Positions 37,465 through 48,381 of a DNA stretch of 64,000 nt are shown here, one piece after another. Position 1 is the stretch's first letter. Each line of letters opens with the position of its first letter. A program made the position numbers and the translations under genes. Under the pieces are notes generated by a model, which had not been told where the DNA came from, did not search any database, and saw only the letters and a program-made list of their open reading frames with translations. Source of the DNA: an uncultured cyanobacterium (lineage in GTDB: Bacteria > Cyanobacteriota > Cyanobacteriia > Cyanobacteriales > CAWCAG01); the NCBI GenBank assembly GCA_963793425.1, contig CAWCAG010000009.1:960001-1024000 (forward strand), given 5' to 3'.

Positions 37465-38718
37465 ATGTCCAAAATAAATCGTTGGAAAACTACTACCACT
37501 TTAATGCTAAGCATCGGTATGGGGGCAGCAACCCTTGCACCAGTGGTTGCACCTTTAGTATTATCTGCCCCTGCTGTAGCCCAAGCTACTAGCTTCCCTG
37601 ATGTCCCACAAGGTTATTGGGCGAAACAATACATTGAAGAGTTAACACAGCGAAACATTATCAGTGGTTTCCCAGATGGTACTTTTAAACCAGATGCTCC
37701 TGTTACCCGCGCTCAATTTTCTAGCTTGATTTCTGGAGCTTTCAGCAAAAGCGAAACCCGTAGCAGTATCAATTTTGTTGATGTTAGCTCTAATTACTGG
37801 GCTAGATCCTCCATTGATAAGTCCTACAAAACAGGTTTCTTATCTGGTTATCCTGGTAACATTTTCCGACCAGAACAGAACATTCCCCGCGAGCAAGTAA
37901 TTGTTTCTTTAGCCAGTGGCTTGAATTATACAACAGGGGCTGTGGATAGTACCCTCAACTATTACAACGATGCTACCAGCATTTCTAGCTGGGCGCGTTC
38001 TCCCATTGCGGCTGCAACTCAACGCAGCATGGTTGTTAATTACCCAACCGTGAAGAATCTCAATCCTTCTCGCAATGCTACTAGGGCAGAAGTAGCAGCA
38101 TTTATCTACCAAGCTTTGGTTAATCAAGGACAAGCTTCAGCAATTAGTTCTCCTTATGTCGTTAACCAAGCCCCTGTAGCTAGTAGCTTTACCATTCCTG
38201 CTGGTTCAGTCATGCCTGTTTCTTATGATAAGGAGAAAATTCTCCTCACCAAAGATGAGACAGTTCCTGTTACTTTAATGGTGAAAGCTAACATTGTTAA
38301 CTCAAATCAGAGGATTTTGATTCCTGCGGGAACTAAAGTTGAAGGTAAGCTACAACCTACCGCATCTGGTGGGACTCAGTTTATGGCCGAAAAACTCATT
38401 TATGCTAACGGTACAAGCCAAAACGTTTCTGCTACTTCTCAGGTAATAACCGAAACCGAAACTATCCGCAAAGGAGTAAGTATCGGTGATTTAGCGAAGA
38501 ATGCAGGCATCGGTACAGCAGCAGCCGCCGCGATTTCTGCTATTACTGGTGATCGGGCGATCGCGACAGAAGAACTCTTACTTGGTGCTGGTTTAGGCGC
38601 TTTAGTAGAGTTGATTCCTACCTTCTTAGGCTTAAATAAGGTGGATCTTTTAGTGGTTAATCCTAATACTGACCTCAACTTGACTTTAACTAATGATTTG
38701 GTAGTTTCTGCTCAGTAA
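37465..38718 (+). CDS. Secreted SLH domain protein with C-terminal glycine-zipper region
   Basis: Signal peptide, three SLH repeats, IPAGTKVEG and a GIGTAAAAAIS region. Confidence 0.88.
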   Translation: MSKINRWKTTTTLMLSIGMGAATLAPVVAPLVLSAPAVAQATSFPDVPQGYWAKQYIEELTQRNIISGFPDGTFKPDAPVTRAQFSSLISGAFSKSETRSSINFVDVSSNYWARSSIDKSYKTGFLSGYPGNIFRPEQNIPREQVIVSLASGLNYTTGAVDSTLNYYNDATSISSWARSPIAAATQRSMVVNYPTVKNLNPSRNATRAEVAAFIYQALVNQGQASAISSPYVVNQAPVASSFTIPAGSVMPVSYDKEKILLTKDETVPVTLMVKANIVNSNQRILIPAGTKVEGKLQPTASGGTQFMAEKLIYANGTSQNVSATSQVITETETIRKGVSIGDLAKNAGIGTAAAAAISAITGDRAIATEELLLGAGLGALVELIPTFLGLNKVDLLVVNPNTDLNLTLTNDLVVSAQ

Positions 38719-38755
38719 AAGTTGAATTCTGTTAGTTATTTGTGAATAGGTTGAA

Positions 38756-38781
38756 TAGAGATGTTGTTAGCAATGTCTCTA
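38756..38781 (+). terminator. Probable intrinsic terminator
   Basis: TAGAGATGTTG / CAATGTCTCTA stem followed by T7. Confidence 0.65.
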
Positions 38782-39079
38782 TTTTTTTGTGATTATCTGT
38801 CAAGACCCTATTACACCGTTCTTAATATAACTTCGTAAAGAGGTCAAATAAATGCTGAAGTTTAAAATATTTTAGCTTTAGTAAGGAGAAAGAAAAGTTT
38901 TGCTTATTGATGTTGATTTGTGCAAAAGTTGGACTTTTTCTCACCTTGAAGTGATATTATGTATACGGTGGAAAAGGTGCGTCCTTAAAAGTTGTTAGAT
39001 AAACCATTTTTGTTGTAATAAGCTACTACCCATTCGTCAAGATAGAGGAATAAAAAACACAGGGATAAGGAGACGATCA

Positions 39080-39943
39080 ATGAAAAATGGTACTCCATTT
39101 CCTGCTCGAATCCATGTCTTACTCGCTAGGGATAAACCTTTAGGACTCGTAATTAGACGTGGCCCCTCAAAACACGTCGCTACCATTTTGTGGGATTGTC
39201 GCCGTGATAAATTTCAACTAGGGCAATGGCTGAAAGGACTAATCTATGAACGGCGTAGTGACCTATCACCTGATGGTAAGTATTTTATCTATTTTGCTAT
39301 GAATGGGCGTTGGCAAGGTGAAGCCAAAGGCTCTTGGACAGCTATTTCCCGCACTCCTTATTTAACTGCATTAGCTATTTTTCCGAAAGGCGATTGCTAT
39401 AATGGCGGGGGCTTGTGGACGAGCAGAAATACGTATTGGCTCAATAACGGCTACGGTCATTCTGTACTAAGAGATACTCAAAAAGTTTCTCGTGACAAAA
39501 AGTTTCAGCCTTCAGAGTATTTTGATGCCGGAGACTATTGGTTTTATGAAGGCTTAGGGATTTATTACCCGCGTTTAATTAGATATGGTTGGGAGTTTGT
39601 AGAAAAGATTAAAGTTGGTAAGTGGGAAGCTAGATACATCTTTGAAAAAACCTTTGGTGATGGCTGGCTGCTTCGCAAAATTGCCCATGCCGAATAAAGT
39701 AATCCTCCTGAAGGCAAGAGTTCTGATTGGGATGAACACGAGTTGATTCATGCCCAAACTAATACTCACATTCGCTGCCCTAATTGGGAATGGGCGGATA
39801 TTGAACGTCGGCGTTTAGTCTGGGCAACCGAAGGCAAATTATTCCGAGGAAAAGTTACTCCTCAAGGAACATTTACACAGAGGAGTATTTTTGATTTCAA
39901 TCCTATGACTTTCGAGGCGATTAAAGAACCCCATAGATATTAA
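39080..39943 (+). pseudogene. Hypothetical protein split by an in-frame TAA at 39695-39697
   Basis: ORFs 39080-39697 and 39743-39943 share a frame, and the 45 nt between them are open (SNPPEGKSSDWDEHE). Confidence 0.7.
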
Positions 39944-40001
39944 TTGCTCAGAAATTTCGGTTACGAATAATGGGTAAACTAAGACATATAACTGAAGGGA
40001 A

Positions 40002-40061
40002 GGGCGACCCAATTAAAACTTTGGCTGATCAAAAAGTTCACTGAAAACGGGTCGCCCCTAC
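40002..40061. repeat. GTAG-type REP-like palindrome
   Basis: GGGCGACCC / GGGTCGCCC-CTAC arms. Similar hairpins occur at 47436-47459 and 60322-60345. Confidence 0.6.
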
Positions 40062-40088
40062 ACTGATAACTGTTTACTGATAACTGAA

Positions 40089-40979
40089 ATGACCTTACCC
40101 AACTTTCTCATTATCGGCGTTCAAAAAGCGGGTACTACTTCTATTTATAACTACTTAGATGAGCATCCGCAGATTTATATGAGTCCTGTTAAGGAAACAA
40201 ATTTTCTCGAAGCTGATTGGGAAAAAGAGCCGGAAAAGCTGGCCAAGAAATCGAGCAAAAGTATTACAGATATTGAGACATATCGCCAGTTATTTGCTGG
40301 GGTTCAAGATGAAATTGCTATTGGTGAAGCCTCCCCTAACTATCTATTTCATTATCAAACAGCTACTAAGGCGATTCAACGCTATATGCCTGATGCTAAA
40401 CTCATCGCTATACTGCGAAATCCTACCGAAAGAGCTTATTCTGATTACTTAATGCACATTCGCGATGCTATTGAAGAGCCAGAATCACTATCAGAAATAA
40501 TTGCTCATCGGGCTGAATCTGCTTACTTTTTCCGGAAAGGTTTTTACTATGAACAAATCAAATACTTTTTTGATAAATTTGGTCGCCAACAAGTTAAGGT
40601 TTATCTTTATGATGACTTGTGTAAGAATCCAGTAAAATTGATGCAAGATATGTATAGTTTCATCGGGGTAGATGATAACTTTGTTCCTGATACTGGCAAG
40701 AAGGCACAAAAAGCTCAAGTGCCGAAAAATCAAGGAATCAATAACTTACTGAAGACCAAAAACCCTCTCAGAAATTTGGCTGCTTCTACTTTAAAAACAT
40801 TCTTGCCCCTGGAAACAAGGCAGAAGATTCGGGATGGTATTATTAATCTTAATTCTCAAGGTAAAAAGGCTTTACCTCTACAACCAGAAGATCGAACAAA
40901 ATTGGTAGAAATGTTTCGTGAAGATGTACTTAAATTACAAGATTTACTCGGAAAAGATTTATCGGGTTGGTTGAAGTAA
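40089..40979 (+). CDS. PAPS-dependent sulfotransferase
   Basis: PNFLIIGVQKAGTTS (5'-PSB), GEASPNY and LRNPTERAYS (3'-PB). Confidence 0.9.
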   Translation: MTLPNFLIIGVQKAGTTSIYNYLDEHPQIYMSPVKETNFLEADWEKEPEKLAKKSSKSITDIETYRQLFAGVQDEIAIGEASPNYLFHYQTATKAIQRYMPDAKLIAILRNPTERAYSDYLMHIRDAIEEPESLSEIIAHRAESAYFFRKGFYYEQIKYFFDKFGRQQVKVYLYDDLCKNPVKLMQDMYSFIGVDDNFVPDTGKKAQKAQVPKNQGINNLLKTKNPLRNLAASTLKTFLPLETRQKIRDGIINLNSQGKKALPLQPEDRTKLVEMFREDVLKLQDLLGKDLSGWLK

Positions 40980-41162
40980 ATAGCCTTCTTTCTACAAATA
41001 AAAGCTTTAAACTAAACTTTTCTTTAAGCATCGTAGTAAACGAAATCTGGTATGAATTAAGCTAAGACGCATTTAAGCTGGGATTTTTGGCATTAACCAA
41101 ATTTCTCCCGATGTCTTTTTTATGAACTACTTTGTCGCTCTCAGTAATTTAATCACTAAAAA

Positions 41163-41759
41163 ATGGTGTACACTCCTCCCTTAGCAAGATTGATTGAACA
41201 ACTACAGAAACTACCTGGAGTAGGGCCTAAAACTGCTCAAAGATTAGCACTTCATATTATTAAGCGTCCTGAACAAGATGTTAATGCCCTGGCGCAAGCT
41301 TTAGTAGAAGCGAAAAAGCAAGTAGGTTTTTGTCGAGTATGTTTCCATTTGTCAGCGGAACCAGTTTGTCATATTTGTGGTAACCAAAATCGCGATGACA
41401 ATACCATCTGTGTGGTAACAGACTCCCGCGATGTTATTGCTTTAGAAAAAACGCGAGAATATAGTGGAAAATACCATGTTTTAGGGGGGGTCATCTCTCC
41501 TATGGATGGCATCGGACTAGAACAATTAAATATACAACCTTTGGTAAAAAGGGCAAGCCAACCCCATATTCAAGAAGTAATTATGGCCATTGGCCCCAGC
41601 GTAGAAGGAGAAACCACCACCCTTTATATTGGTCAGTTATTAAAACCTTTCACCAAAGTTACCCGCATTGCTTTCGGTTTACCCATGGGGGGAGATTTAG
41701 AATATGCCGATGAAGTAACCTTAGCTAGGGCATTAGAAGGAAGAAGAGAATTAGATTGA
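41163..41759 (+). CDS. recR: Recombination mediator RecR
   Basis: [13 protein letters not shown], a C4 Zn finger, YHVLGG.ISP and LEYADEVTL. Confidence 0.97.
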   Translation: MVYTPPLARLIEQLQKLPGVGPKTAQRLALHIIKRPEQDVNALAQALVEAKKQVGFCRVCFHLSAEPVCHICGNQNRDDNTICVVTDSRDVIALEKTREYSGKYHVLGGVISPMDGIGLEQLNIQPLVKRASQPHIQEVIMAIGPSVEGETTTLYIGQLLKPFTKVTRIAFGLPMGGDLEYADEVTLARALEGRRELD

Positions 41760-41841
41760 GGAAAAAAAGAAAAAGGTTTGTCTTTGGCATAATTGACTTA
41801 AAATTACGGGAACAACCGTTGCAATAATCTTAGACAAGCAA

Positions 41842-42576
41842 GTGTTAAAAGTTAAGAGTAATTGGCTTAAGCTCCAAAGTAATGATCTTGAAATTGATGC
41901 TTATTTAGCTGCACCTCAAGGAGAAGGTAGATTTCCGGGGGTAGTAGTTATTCAAGAAATCTTTGGTGTCAATGCCCATATCCGTGACGTAACTCAACGC
42001 TTAGCCCAAGAAGGATATGTGGCGATCGCCCCAGCCATTTATCAACGTCAAGCCCCCAGATTTGAGGCTGGATATACTCCAGAAGCTATCACCATCGGCA
42101 GGAAGTATAAAAACCAAACCCAAGCTTCAGAATTATTAGCAGATATTCAAGGTGCTATAAATTATTTACAAAGTTTTCCCCAAGTTAAAGGCACAAGTTT
42201 TGGTTGTGTTGGCTTTTGTTTCGGTGGTCATGTCGCCTATTTAGCTGCCACCTTACCAGAAATTGTTGCCACAGCATCCTTTTATGGGGCAGGCATCACT
42301 ACCATGACTCCAGGGGGAGGAGAAGCCACCATAACGCGAACTCCAGAGATTAAAGGAACAATTTATACCTTCTTTGGTAACGCAGATGCTAGTATTCCTC
42401 CAGAACAAGTAGAAGAAATTGAAGCCGCCCTGAAAAGACACCATATACCTCACCAAATTTTCCGCTACAGTAATGCAGATCACGGTTTCTTCTGTGACCA
42501 AAGGGCAAGCTACAATCAAGCAGCAGCTAAAGATGCTTGGCAGCAAGTATTAGATTTGTTTAGCAAAAAACTATAA
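41842..42576 (+). CDS. Dienelactone hydrolase family protein
   Basis: QEIFGVN, GFCFGG and ADHGF motifs. Confidence 0.92.
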   Translation: MLKVKSNWLKLQSNDLEIDAYLAAPQGEGRFPGVVVIQEIFGVNAHIRDVTQRLAQEGYVAIAPAIYQRQAPRFEAGYTPEAITIGRKYKNQTQASELLADIQGAINYLQSFPQVKGTSFGCVGFCFGGHVAYLAATLPEIVATASFYGAGITTMTPGGGEATITRTPEIKGTIYTFFGNADASIPPEQVEEIEAALKRHHIPHQIFRYSNADHGFFCDQRASYNQAAAKDAWQQVLDLFSKKL

Positions 42577-42602
42577 AAAAACTTAAATCAGTAATTCTTA
42601 AC

Positions 42603-43502
42603 ATGAACTCAGAATCTACCCCTCCCCCAGAATCTCCTACCTCCTTCTCTATGGATGATTTTGCCAAAGCTTTAGAAGAACACGACTACGAGTTTAAGAA
42701 AGGTCAGGTGGTTAAGGGGAAACCCTTTGAATATGGCAGTGAAGGAGCCTATGTAGATATAGGAGGTAAATCTCCTGGCTTTGTTCCGACAAAAGAAGCT
42801 TCTTTATCTTTCTTTGAGAAGCTAGAAGAAATTCTGCCCCAAGAAGAACTAGAATTTTTAATTATTCGTGAACAGGATGCCGAAGGTCAAATTTTACTTT
42901 CTCGCCGTCAATTAGAAATGAAGGTGATTTGGGATGAATTAGCCGAATTGCAAGAAAAAGGTCAATCTGTCTCTATGAAGGTAATCGGGACAAATAAAGG
43001 AGGCATAACCGGAGATGTTAACGGCTTAAGAGGTTTCATCCCGCGATCGCACCTCATCGAGAAACAAGACTTAGAATCATTAATTGGTCAAAACCTCACA
43101 GCAACTTTCCTGGAACTTAACCCAGAAACCAACAAACTCGTCCTCTCTCAGCGAGAAGCTGCCCGTACCCAAGTAATCAGCAAATTAGAACGAGGACGTT
43201 TATTAGAAGGTACAGTAGTGAACCTCAAACCCTATGGGGCATTTATTGATTTAGGGGGTGTAACTGGATTATTACACGTTAAGGAAATTAGTCATAATTC
43301 TATCGATTCTCTCCCTGCATTATTACAAGTCGGTCAGAAAATCAAGGTGATGATTAAAGATATTGATGAATGGAAAAAAAGAATTTCTCTCTCTACCAAA
43401 GTCCTCGAAAATCATCCAGGAGAAATCTTAGAAAATATGAGTGAGGTGATGGCGACGGCGGAAGAGAGGGCAATTCAGGGGAAGGAGATAAGTAATAAGT
43501 AA
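42603..43502 (+). CDS. Three-S1-domain RNA-binding protein (ribosomal protein S1 homologue B type)
   Basis: AYVDIGGKS, RGFIPRSHL and YGAFIDLGGVTGLLH motifs. Confidence 0.9.
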   Translation: MNSESTPPPESPTSFSMDDFAKALEEHDYEFKKGQVVKGKPFEYGSEGAYVDIGGKSPGFVPTKEASLSFFEKLEEILPQEELEFLIIREQDAEGQILLSRRQLEMKVIWDELAELQEKGQSVSMKVIGTNKGGITGDVNGLRGFIPRSHLIEKQDLESLIGQNLTATFLELNPETNKLVLSQREAARTQVISKLERGRLLEGTVVNLKPYGAFIDLGGVTGLLHVKEISHNSIDSLPALLQVGQKIKVMIKDIDEWKKRISLSTKVLENHPGEILENMSEVMATAEERAIQGKEISNK

Positions 43503-43586
43503 TAAGTAATAAGTTGAGAATTTACTATTCCTTACTCTCTTGCACGATTAGCAACTAGCAACTAGCAACTAGCAATTAGCAGTAAT

Positions 43587-44294
43587 ATGAACGAAAAAAC
43601 AGCAGACATTATTACCTTAGCCATTGATATTGGGGGTAGTGGAGTTAAGACTATCAAATTGGACGGGGAAGGTAATGCCATAAGCGATCGCAATCGTGTA
43701 CCAACTCCCCAGCCTCCTAAACCGGAAGCAATAACAGAAGCTATTGTTAAATTAGCTAAAGAACAAGGGGAGTTTCAGCGCATTTCCGTCGGATTTCCTG
43801 GGGTAGTACGTAAAGGTATTATCGATACTGCCGTTAATCTTGATCCTGACTGGATTGGTTTTGATCTTGCTACTGCCCTCTCGGATCTTTTAGGAAAACC
43901 TGTACGGGTTACCAATGACGCGGATGTACAAGGATTAGGTGCGATCGCCGGTAAAGGAGTAGAATTAGCCATTACCTTGGGTACAGGATTTGGTTCAGGC
44001 TTATTTATCGATGGTAAACTAGTACCTAACCTAGAAATTGCCCATCATCCTTTCCGTAAAGGGGAAACCTACGAAGAACAATTAGGTAGGGCAGCCTTAG
44101 AAAAATCCGGTAAGAAAAAGTGGAACAATCGCTTAGAAAAGGCGATCGCGACTTTAGGAAGAACTTTTAACTACGACTTCCTTTATATTGGCGGCGGCGA
44201 AGCAAAGAAAATCAACTTTTACCTACCACCCAATGTCAAAATTGTCCCCAACATTACAGGTTTATTAGGCGGCATTGCTTTATGGAAAGATTAA
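43587..44294 (+). CDS. ppgK: ROK family kinase, polyphosphate glucokinase-like
   Basis: IDIGGSGVK, GFPGVV, NDADVQGLG, TLGTGFGS and PNLEIAH motifs. Confidence 0.75.
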   Translation: MNEKTADIITLAIDIGGSGVKTIKLDGEGNAISDRNRVPTPQPPKPEAITEAIVKLAKEQGEFQRISVGFPGVVRKGIIDTAVNLDPDWIGFDLATALSDLLGKPVRVTNDADVQGLGAIAGKGVELAITLGTGFGSGLFIDGKLVPNLEIAHHPFRKGETYEEQLGRAALEKSGKKKWNNRLEKAIATLGRTFNYDFLYIGGGEAKKINFYLPPNVKIVPNITGLLGGIALWKD

Positions 44295-44361
44295 TTAGTT
44301 GCTAGTTGCTAGTTGCTAGTTGCTAATGGTTATAGAGAAGCTGATAAATGATAAATGTTAA

Positions 44362-44679
44362 ATGATTATTGTTATTATTGGTTTCAACCTTTTACTTACA
44401 GTCATCAATTTATATATTGCTTGGCGAATTTGGAAGTTGCGTTTATTTTTAGTTAAAGTAACAGAAACTCTGAAAAATGTAGAACGAATCACCTATAGCG
44501 TACTTCATAGCACTCCTCCACCAATTTTAGGATTTCAGCAAGGCACTCGCAACCTGAAGCAAAGCTATACTCAATTAGAATCACAAATACGGCAGTTGCA
44601 AAAAATTCTCGCTTTACTTAGCCTAGTAACTAACCTTTGGCGTTGGTCTAACCCTAATCTCTCCAAGATAAAGCAATAG
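44362..44679 (+). CDS. Small membrane-anchored hypothetical protein
   Basis: N-terminal TM segment and a coiled coil. It lies directly upstream of the YtxH/DUF948 pair. Confidence 0.7.
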   Translation: MIIVIIGFNLLLTVINLYIAWRIWKLRLFLVKVTETLKNVERITYSVLHSTPPPILGFQQGTRNLKQSYTQLESQIRQLQKILALLSLVTNLWRWSNPNLSKIKQ

Positions 44680-44773
44680 CTAGGAGGTTACCGTTTGAAT
44701 CTGTAACCAAACAAAGTTGCGATCGCGCCAGTGGCAATTAAAATAGGGGTTATTAACGCCCATAAACTAAAAT

Positions 44774-45124
44774 ATGTCGAAAGAAAAGACTGGAGCTTTT
44801 ATTGGAGGAATGCTGTTTGGCAGCGCTGTTGGTACAATTGTAGGGTTACTAGTTGCTCCTCGTACTGGTCGAGAAACGCGGCAGTTAATCAAAAAATCTG
44901 CTGATGCTTTACCAGAGTTAGCCGAAGACTTAACAACCACAGTCCAACTACAAGCAGATCGTTTTTCTGCATCAGCAACACGTAATTGGGAAGGAACTTT
45001 AGAGAGGCTCAAAGAAGCCGTATCAGCAGGAGTTGAAGCTACTCAGCTACAAGCTGAAGAACTAAAAAATGCCCCTAACGCTATTCCTGAGTCATCTTCC
45101 TCTGCTTCAGATCAACACTTGTAA
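44774..45124 (+). CDS. YtxH domain protein
   Basis: FIGG...G..VG...GLLVAPRTGRETR motif. Confidence 0.88.
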   Translation: MSKEKTGAFIGGMLFGSAVGTIVGLLVAPRTGRETRQLIKKSADALPELAEDLTTTVQLQADRFSASATRNWEGTLERLKEAVSAGVEATQLQAEELKNAPNAIPESSSSASDQHL

Positions 45125-45136
45125 GGGAATTAAAGC

Positions 45137-45556
45137 GTGATCGATCCCCTGTTTTGGCTCGGCTTGTCAATTCTTCTGGTTGCTGTCAGCTTAACCGCTG
45201 TATTGATTGCCGCTTTACCTGTCTTCCAACAATTATCTCGTGCTGCTCGCAGTGCAGAGAAGTTATTTGATACCTTAAACCGAGAATTTCCCCCTACCTT
45301 AGAGGCAATTCGTTTAACAGGTTTGGAAATTAGCGAATTAACCGATGAAATGAATGAAGGGGTTAAAAGTGCCTCCGGTGTGGTTAAACAAGTGGATCGC
45401 AGTATCACTAATGTCCAAAAACAAACTAAAAATATCCAAGTTGGCACAAGAAGCTTTGTTGTTGGGGTAAAAGCTGCTTGGAAAACTTTCAAACGCCCCA
45501 AAGCAAAACGTCGCGCATCTTCTCGCTTAAAGTCGTCTCAAAGAATTGATAATTGA
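45137..45556 (+). CDS. DUF948-like membrane protein
   Basis: DPLFWLGLSILLVAVSLTAVL..RAARSAEKLFDTL.RE.PPTLEAIRLTG. Confidence 0.8.
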   Translation: MIDPLFWLGLSILLVAVSLTAVLIAALPVFQQLSRAARSAEKLFDTLNREFPPTLEAIRLTGLEISELTDEMNEGVKSASGVVKQVDRSITNVQKQTKNIQVGTRSFVVGVKAAWKTFKRPKAKRRASSRLKSSQRIDN

Positions 45557-45600
45557 TAATTGATAATTGGTAATGGCTAGTTGCTAGTTGTAATTATTAA

Positions 45601-45775
45601 ACCTTATCGGAAATTAAAGATGTAGAGATGTAATGGGTACAGCCTGTGGGCTGCATAATTTCCGCCTTACTCACCGCTCCAAAAGAGCTAGTAAGCCGTT
45701 GCAAGTTACATAATACCAAAAGTTAAAGGAAGGGGCGATCGCCTCTTTCACTTTCTCCACTATTTCCGATAAAGT
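45601..45775. mobile_element. MITE-like element with a structured interior
   Basis: TIRs ACCTTATCGGAAATT / TATTTCCGATAAAGT (13/15, with an 11-bp perfect core), between convergent genes. Confidence 0.55.
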
Positions 45776-45800
45776 CTATTTATCATTGTTGCCTGTTTCC

Positions 45801-46277
45801 TTATGAGCATAACTCTTTTGACCAGTCTTGATGTCCTCTTCCTTCGCTACATTGAAACTGAGAGCCTACCCAAAGGATCTGCCAATCGTCCTGTTGCCAT
45901 TGCAATTCCACACGAGTGCGTATGCTGCGAACAGAATCGTCAGCTAGCCCAACAATAGTATATTCAATAACCGTTGGTGCATTGCCTTTACCATAATCAA
46001 TCTTAATTCCTTCTTGCTGCCTTCCTTCGAGAGATTCGGGATGACTCAATAGTTGTTGGGCGATGGAATGGGGATTAATTTCGTCAATGTTGTTGTTTCT
46101 GAGGAAAGTTGCAACCTCGACTTCGCGATATTGCGATTCCAACTCATCAGATTCTACACCGATTCCCTGAGCAGGGATTGAATTAGTTTGAGAAAAAGTA
46201 GATAAAGTTAAAGCCAGACAAAAGGCGATCCCACCTAAAATAACTGCTGGTCGTATTTTTAAGGACATAGCAAACAC
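45801..46277 (-). CDS. Secreted hypothetical protein
   Basis: Signal peptide, GLADDSV...R, and C-terminal C..GRGHQDWS.ELC. Confidence 0.75.
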   Translation of the reverse strand: MFAMSLKIRPAVILGGIAFCLALTLSTFSQTNSIPAQGIGVESDELESQYREVEVATFLRNNNIDEINPHSIAQQLLSHPESLEGRQQEGIKIDYGKGNAPTVIEYTIVGLADDSVRSIRTRVELQWQQDDWQILWVGSQFQCSEGRGHQDWSKELCS

Positions 46278-46427
46278 TTTCTTTCCATTCTACTTCCTCA
46301 TGTTTGAGAAAAAAGTTTTCAAAAAGGGGTGACACCCCTCACCCCATATGCTATATTTATTTATAGTAGATGCACCCTGATGACTGGGAGAGTTACATTT
46401 TTGTGGCTCTCCTTTTTTTATGGAGAT

Positions 46428-47402
46428 TTATTCAAGAGATAAACCCTTTTCGGCTAACCATTCTGGGTTGAATAAACGAGATTGATATCTAGCCCCACCA
46501 TCACAGAGAATAGTCACAATGGTATGTCCTGGTCCCATTTCCTTAGCTAAAGCATAAGCTGCCCCAACATTAATACCTACAGATCCCCCCATAAATAAAC
46601 CATCTTTTTCCAATAGCTGATAAACTACCCGCAAGCATTCATGATCATCAATTTGGATAGCATCATCAATGGGTACACCTTCCATATTGGCTGTAATGCG
46701 ACTATTACCAATACCTTCAGTTATGGAACTTCCTTGGGGGTTAATTTCTCCAGTTTTGACATAGCTATATAAGCCGCTACCCAAAGGATCTGCTACCACA
46801 CATTTAACTTGTGGATTCTTTTCTTTTAGATATAAAGATACCCCCGCAAAAGTACCCCCAGTACCAGTCGCCGCTACCCAAGCATCAACTTTCCCATCTG
46901 TTTGTTGCCAAATTTCTGCCCCGGTAGTTTCATAATGGGCCTGACGATTAGCTAAATTATCAAACTGATTAGCCCAAATAGCGTTATCCATCTCCTTAGC
47001 CCATTTACCAGAGAGTTTGACGTAGTTATTCGGGTCTTTATAGGGTACAGCGGGTACAGGGCGAACTTCTGCCCCTAGCGTCCTCAAAGCGTCCATTTTT
47101 TCTTGGGATTGGGTTTCGGGTATAGCGATTAAACATTTATAACCCTTAGCATTACAAATATGCGCTAAACCAATACCTGTATTACCTGCCGTACCCTCAA
47201 CTACAGTCCCTCCTGGTTTAAGTAAGCCCTTTTCTTCAGCATCTTTGATAATATACAAAGCTGCCCTGTCTTTTACCGATCCTCCAGGATTAAGAAACTC
47301 TGCTTTACCTAAAATTTCGCAACCTGTTTCCTCACTAAAACTATTTAAACGAATGAGGGGGGTATTACCGATAGTATCTATGAAGCCGTTTTTAATATCC
47401 AT
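46428..47402 (-). CDS. cysK: Cysteine synthase (PLP-dependent)
   Basis: IGNTPLIRL, NPGGSVKDR, EGTAGNTGIGLA and GTGGT motifs. Confidence 0.9.
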   Translation of the reverse strand: MDIKNGFIDTIGNTPLIRLNSFSEETGCEILGKAEFLNPGGSVKDRAALYIIKDAEEKGLLKPGGTVVEGTAGNTGIGLAHICNAKGYKCLIAIPETQSQEKMDALRTLGAEVRPVPAVPYKDPNNYVKLSGKWAKEMDNAIWANQFDNLANRQAHYETTGAEIWQQTDGKVDAWVAATGTGGTFAGVSLYLKEKNPQVKCVVADPLGSGLYSYVKTGEINPQGSSITEGIGNSRITANMEGVPIDDAIQIDDHECLRVVYQLLEKDGLFMGGSVGINVGAAYALAKEMGPGHTIVTILCDGGARYQSRLFNPEWLAEKGLSLE

Positions 47403-47606
47403 ATTTTTATCTTTATAAATTACATAATTGGAAAAGGGCGGACAATTAACTGCCCGCCCCTCTTAATTGAAGCAGGGCTTATCTTAATCTTAGATAAATT
47501 AAAGTTTCGAGAAGCTAGGAAAGTAGGATGATCAGGACTGACGCAGTGAAACGAAAAATCAATGGTTTCAGGCAGAGGATTACAGGCACTCTATCTCCCC
47601 ATCTCC

Positions 47607-48245
47607 CTACTTATTAGGCTGAGGAGTCATGCGTAAATAAGGCTTCACTTCTTGATAACCTTTAGGGAATTTCTCTTTTAATACTTCAGGATCTTTCAAA
47701 GAAGGAACAATCACACAATCGCCCCCATCTTGCCAGTTAACGGGAGTAGCGACTTGATGATGATCAGTGAGTTGTAAAGAATCTATGACCCGAAGAATCT
47801 CATCAAAGTTACGTCCTGTACTCGCAGGATAGGTAATAGTTAAGCGCAGCTTTTTGTTAGGATCTATGATGAAAACTGAACGTACAGTGAGAGTATTATC
47901 AGCCTGTGGGTGAATCATACCGTAGAGATCGGAAACTTTGCGGTCTGAATCTGCCAAAATTGGATAATTAACGCTGGTACTTTGAGTTTCGTCAATATCT
48001 TTGATCCAACCTAAATGAGATTTTGCATCATCTACACTTAAAGCTATTACTTTAGTGTTGCGCTTCTCAAATTCTGGTTTGAGTTTAGCAACCATACCTA
48101 ATTCGGTAGTACAAACGGGAGTATAGTCTGCTGGGTGAGAAAAAAGCACAACCCAGCTATCTCCAGCCCAATCATGAAAGGAGATTTCTCCTGCGCTAGA
48201 GTCTTGCTTAAAATCGGGTACTGTGTCGCCTAGTTGTAAAGCCAT
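47607..48245 (-). CDS. 1-Cys peroxiredoxin (Prx6 type)
   Basis: FSHPADYTPVCTTE and YPASTGRNFDEILR motifs. The start is placed at MALQLGD. Confidence 0.95.
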   Translation of the reverse strand: MALQLGDTVPDFKQDSSAGEISFHDWAGDSWVVLFSHPADYTPVCTTELGMVAKLKPEFEKRNTKVIALSVDDAKSHLGWIKDIDETQSTSVNYPILADSDRKVSDLYGMIHPQADNTLTVRSVFIIDPNKKLRLTITYPASTGRNFDEILRVIDSLQLTDHHQVATPVNWQDGGDCVIVPSLKDPEVLKEKFPKGYQEVKPYLRMTPQPNK

Positions 48246-48381
48246 AATACTTATTTCCTTGTCTATTGAGGAGCAGTTAAATTTTAAATAACGATTTTTA
48301 ATCTTGCCATAAAACCATAGTATCCCCATAGGAATTTAGCTCTTTATTACAAAAGTTCGCACAAAGTCCATTGGTTTAGTA

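Noticed and set aside
47533..47545. CAGGACTGACGCA, resembling a cyanobacterial IS/MITE terminus
   Set aside because: It is a single end with no matching inverted repeat nearby.
48246..48329. N-terminal extension of the peroxiredoxin
   Set aside because: The family starts at MALQLGD, which has an AGGA ribosome-binding site just upstream.
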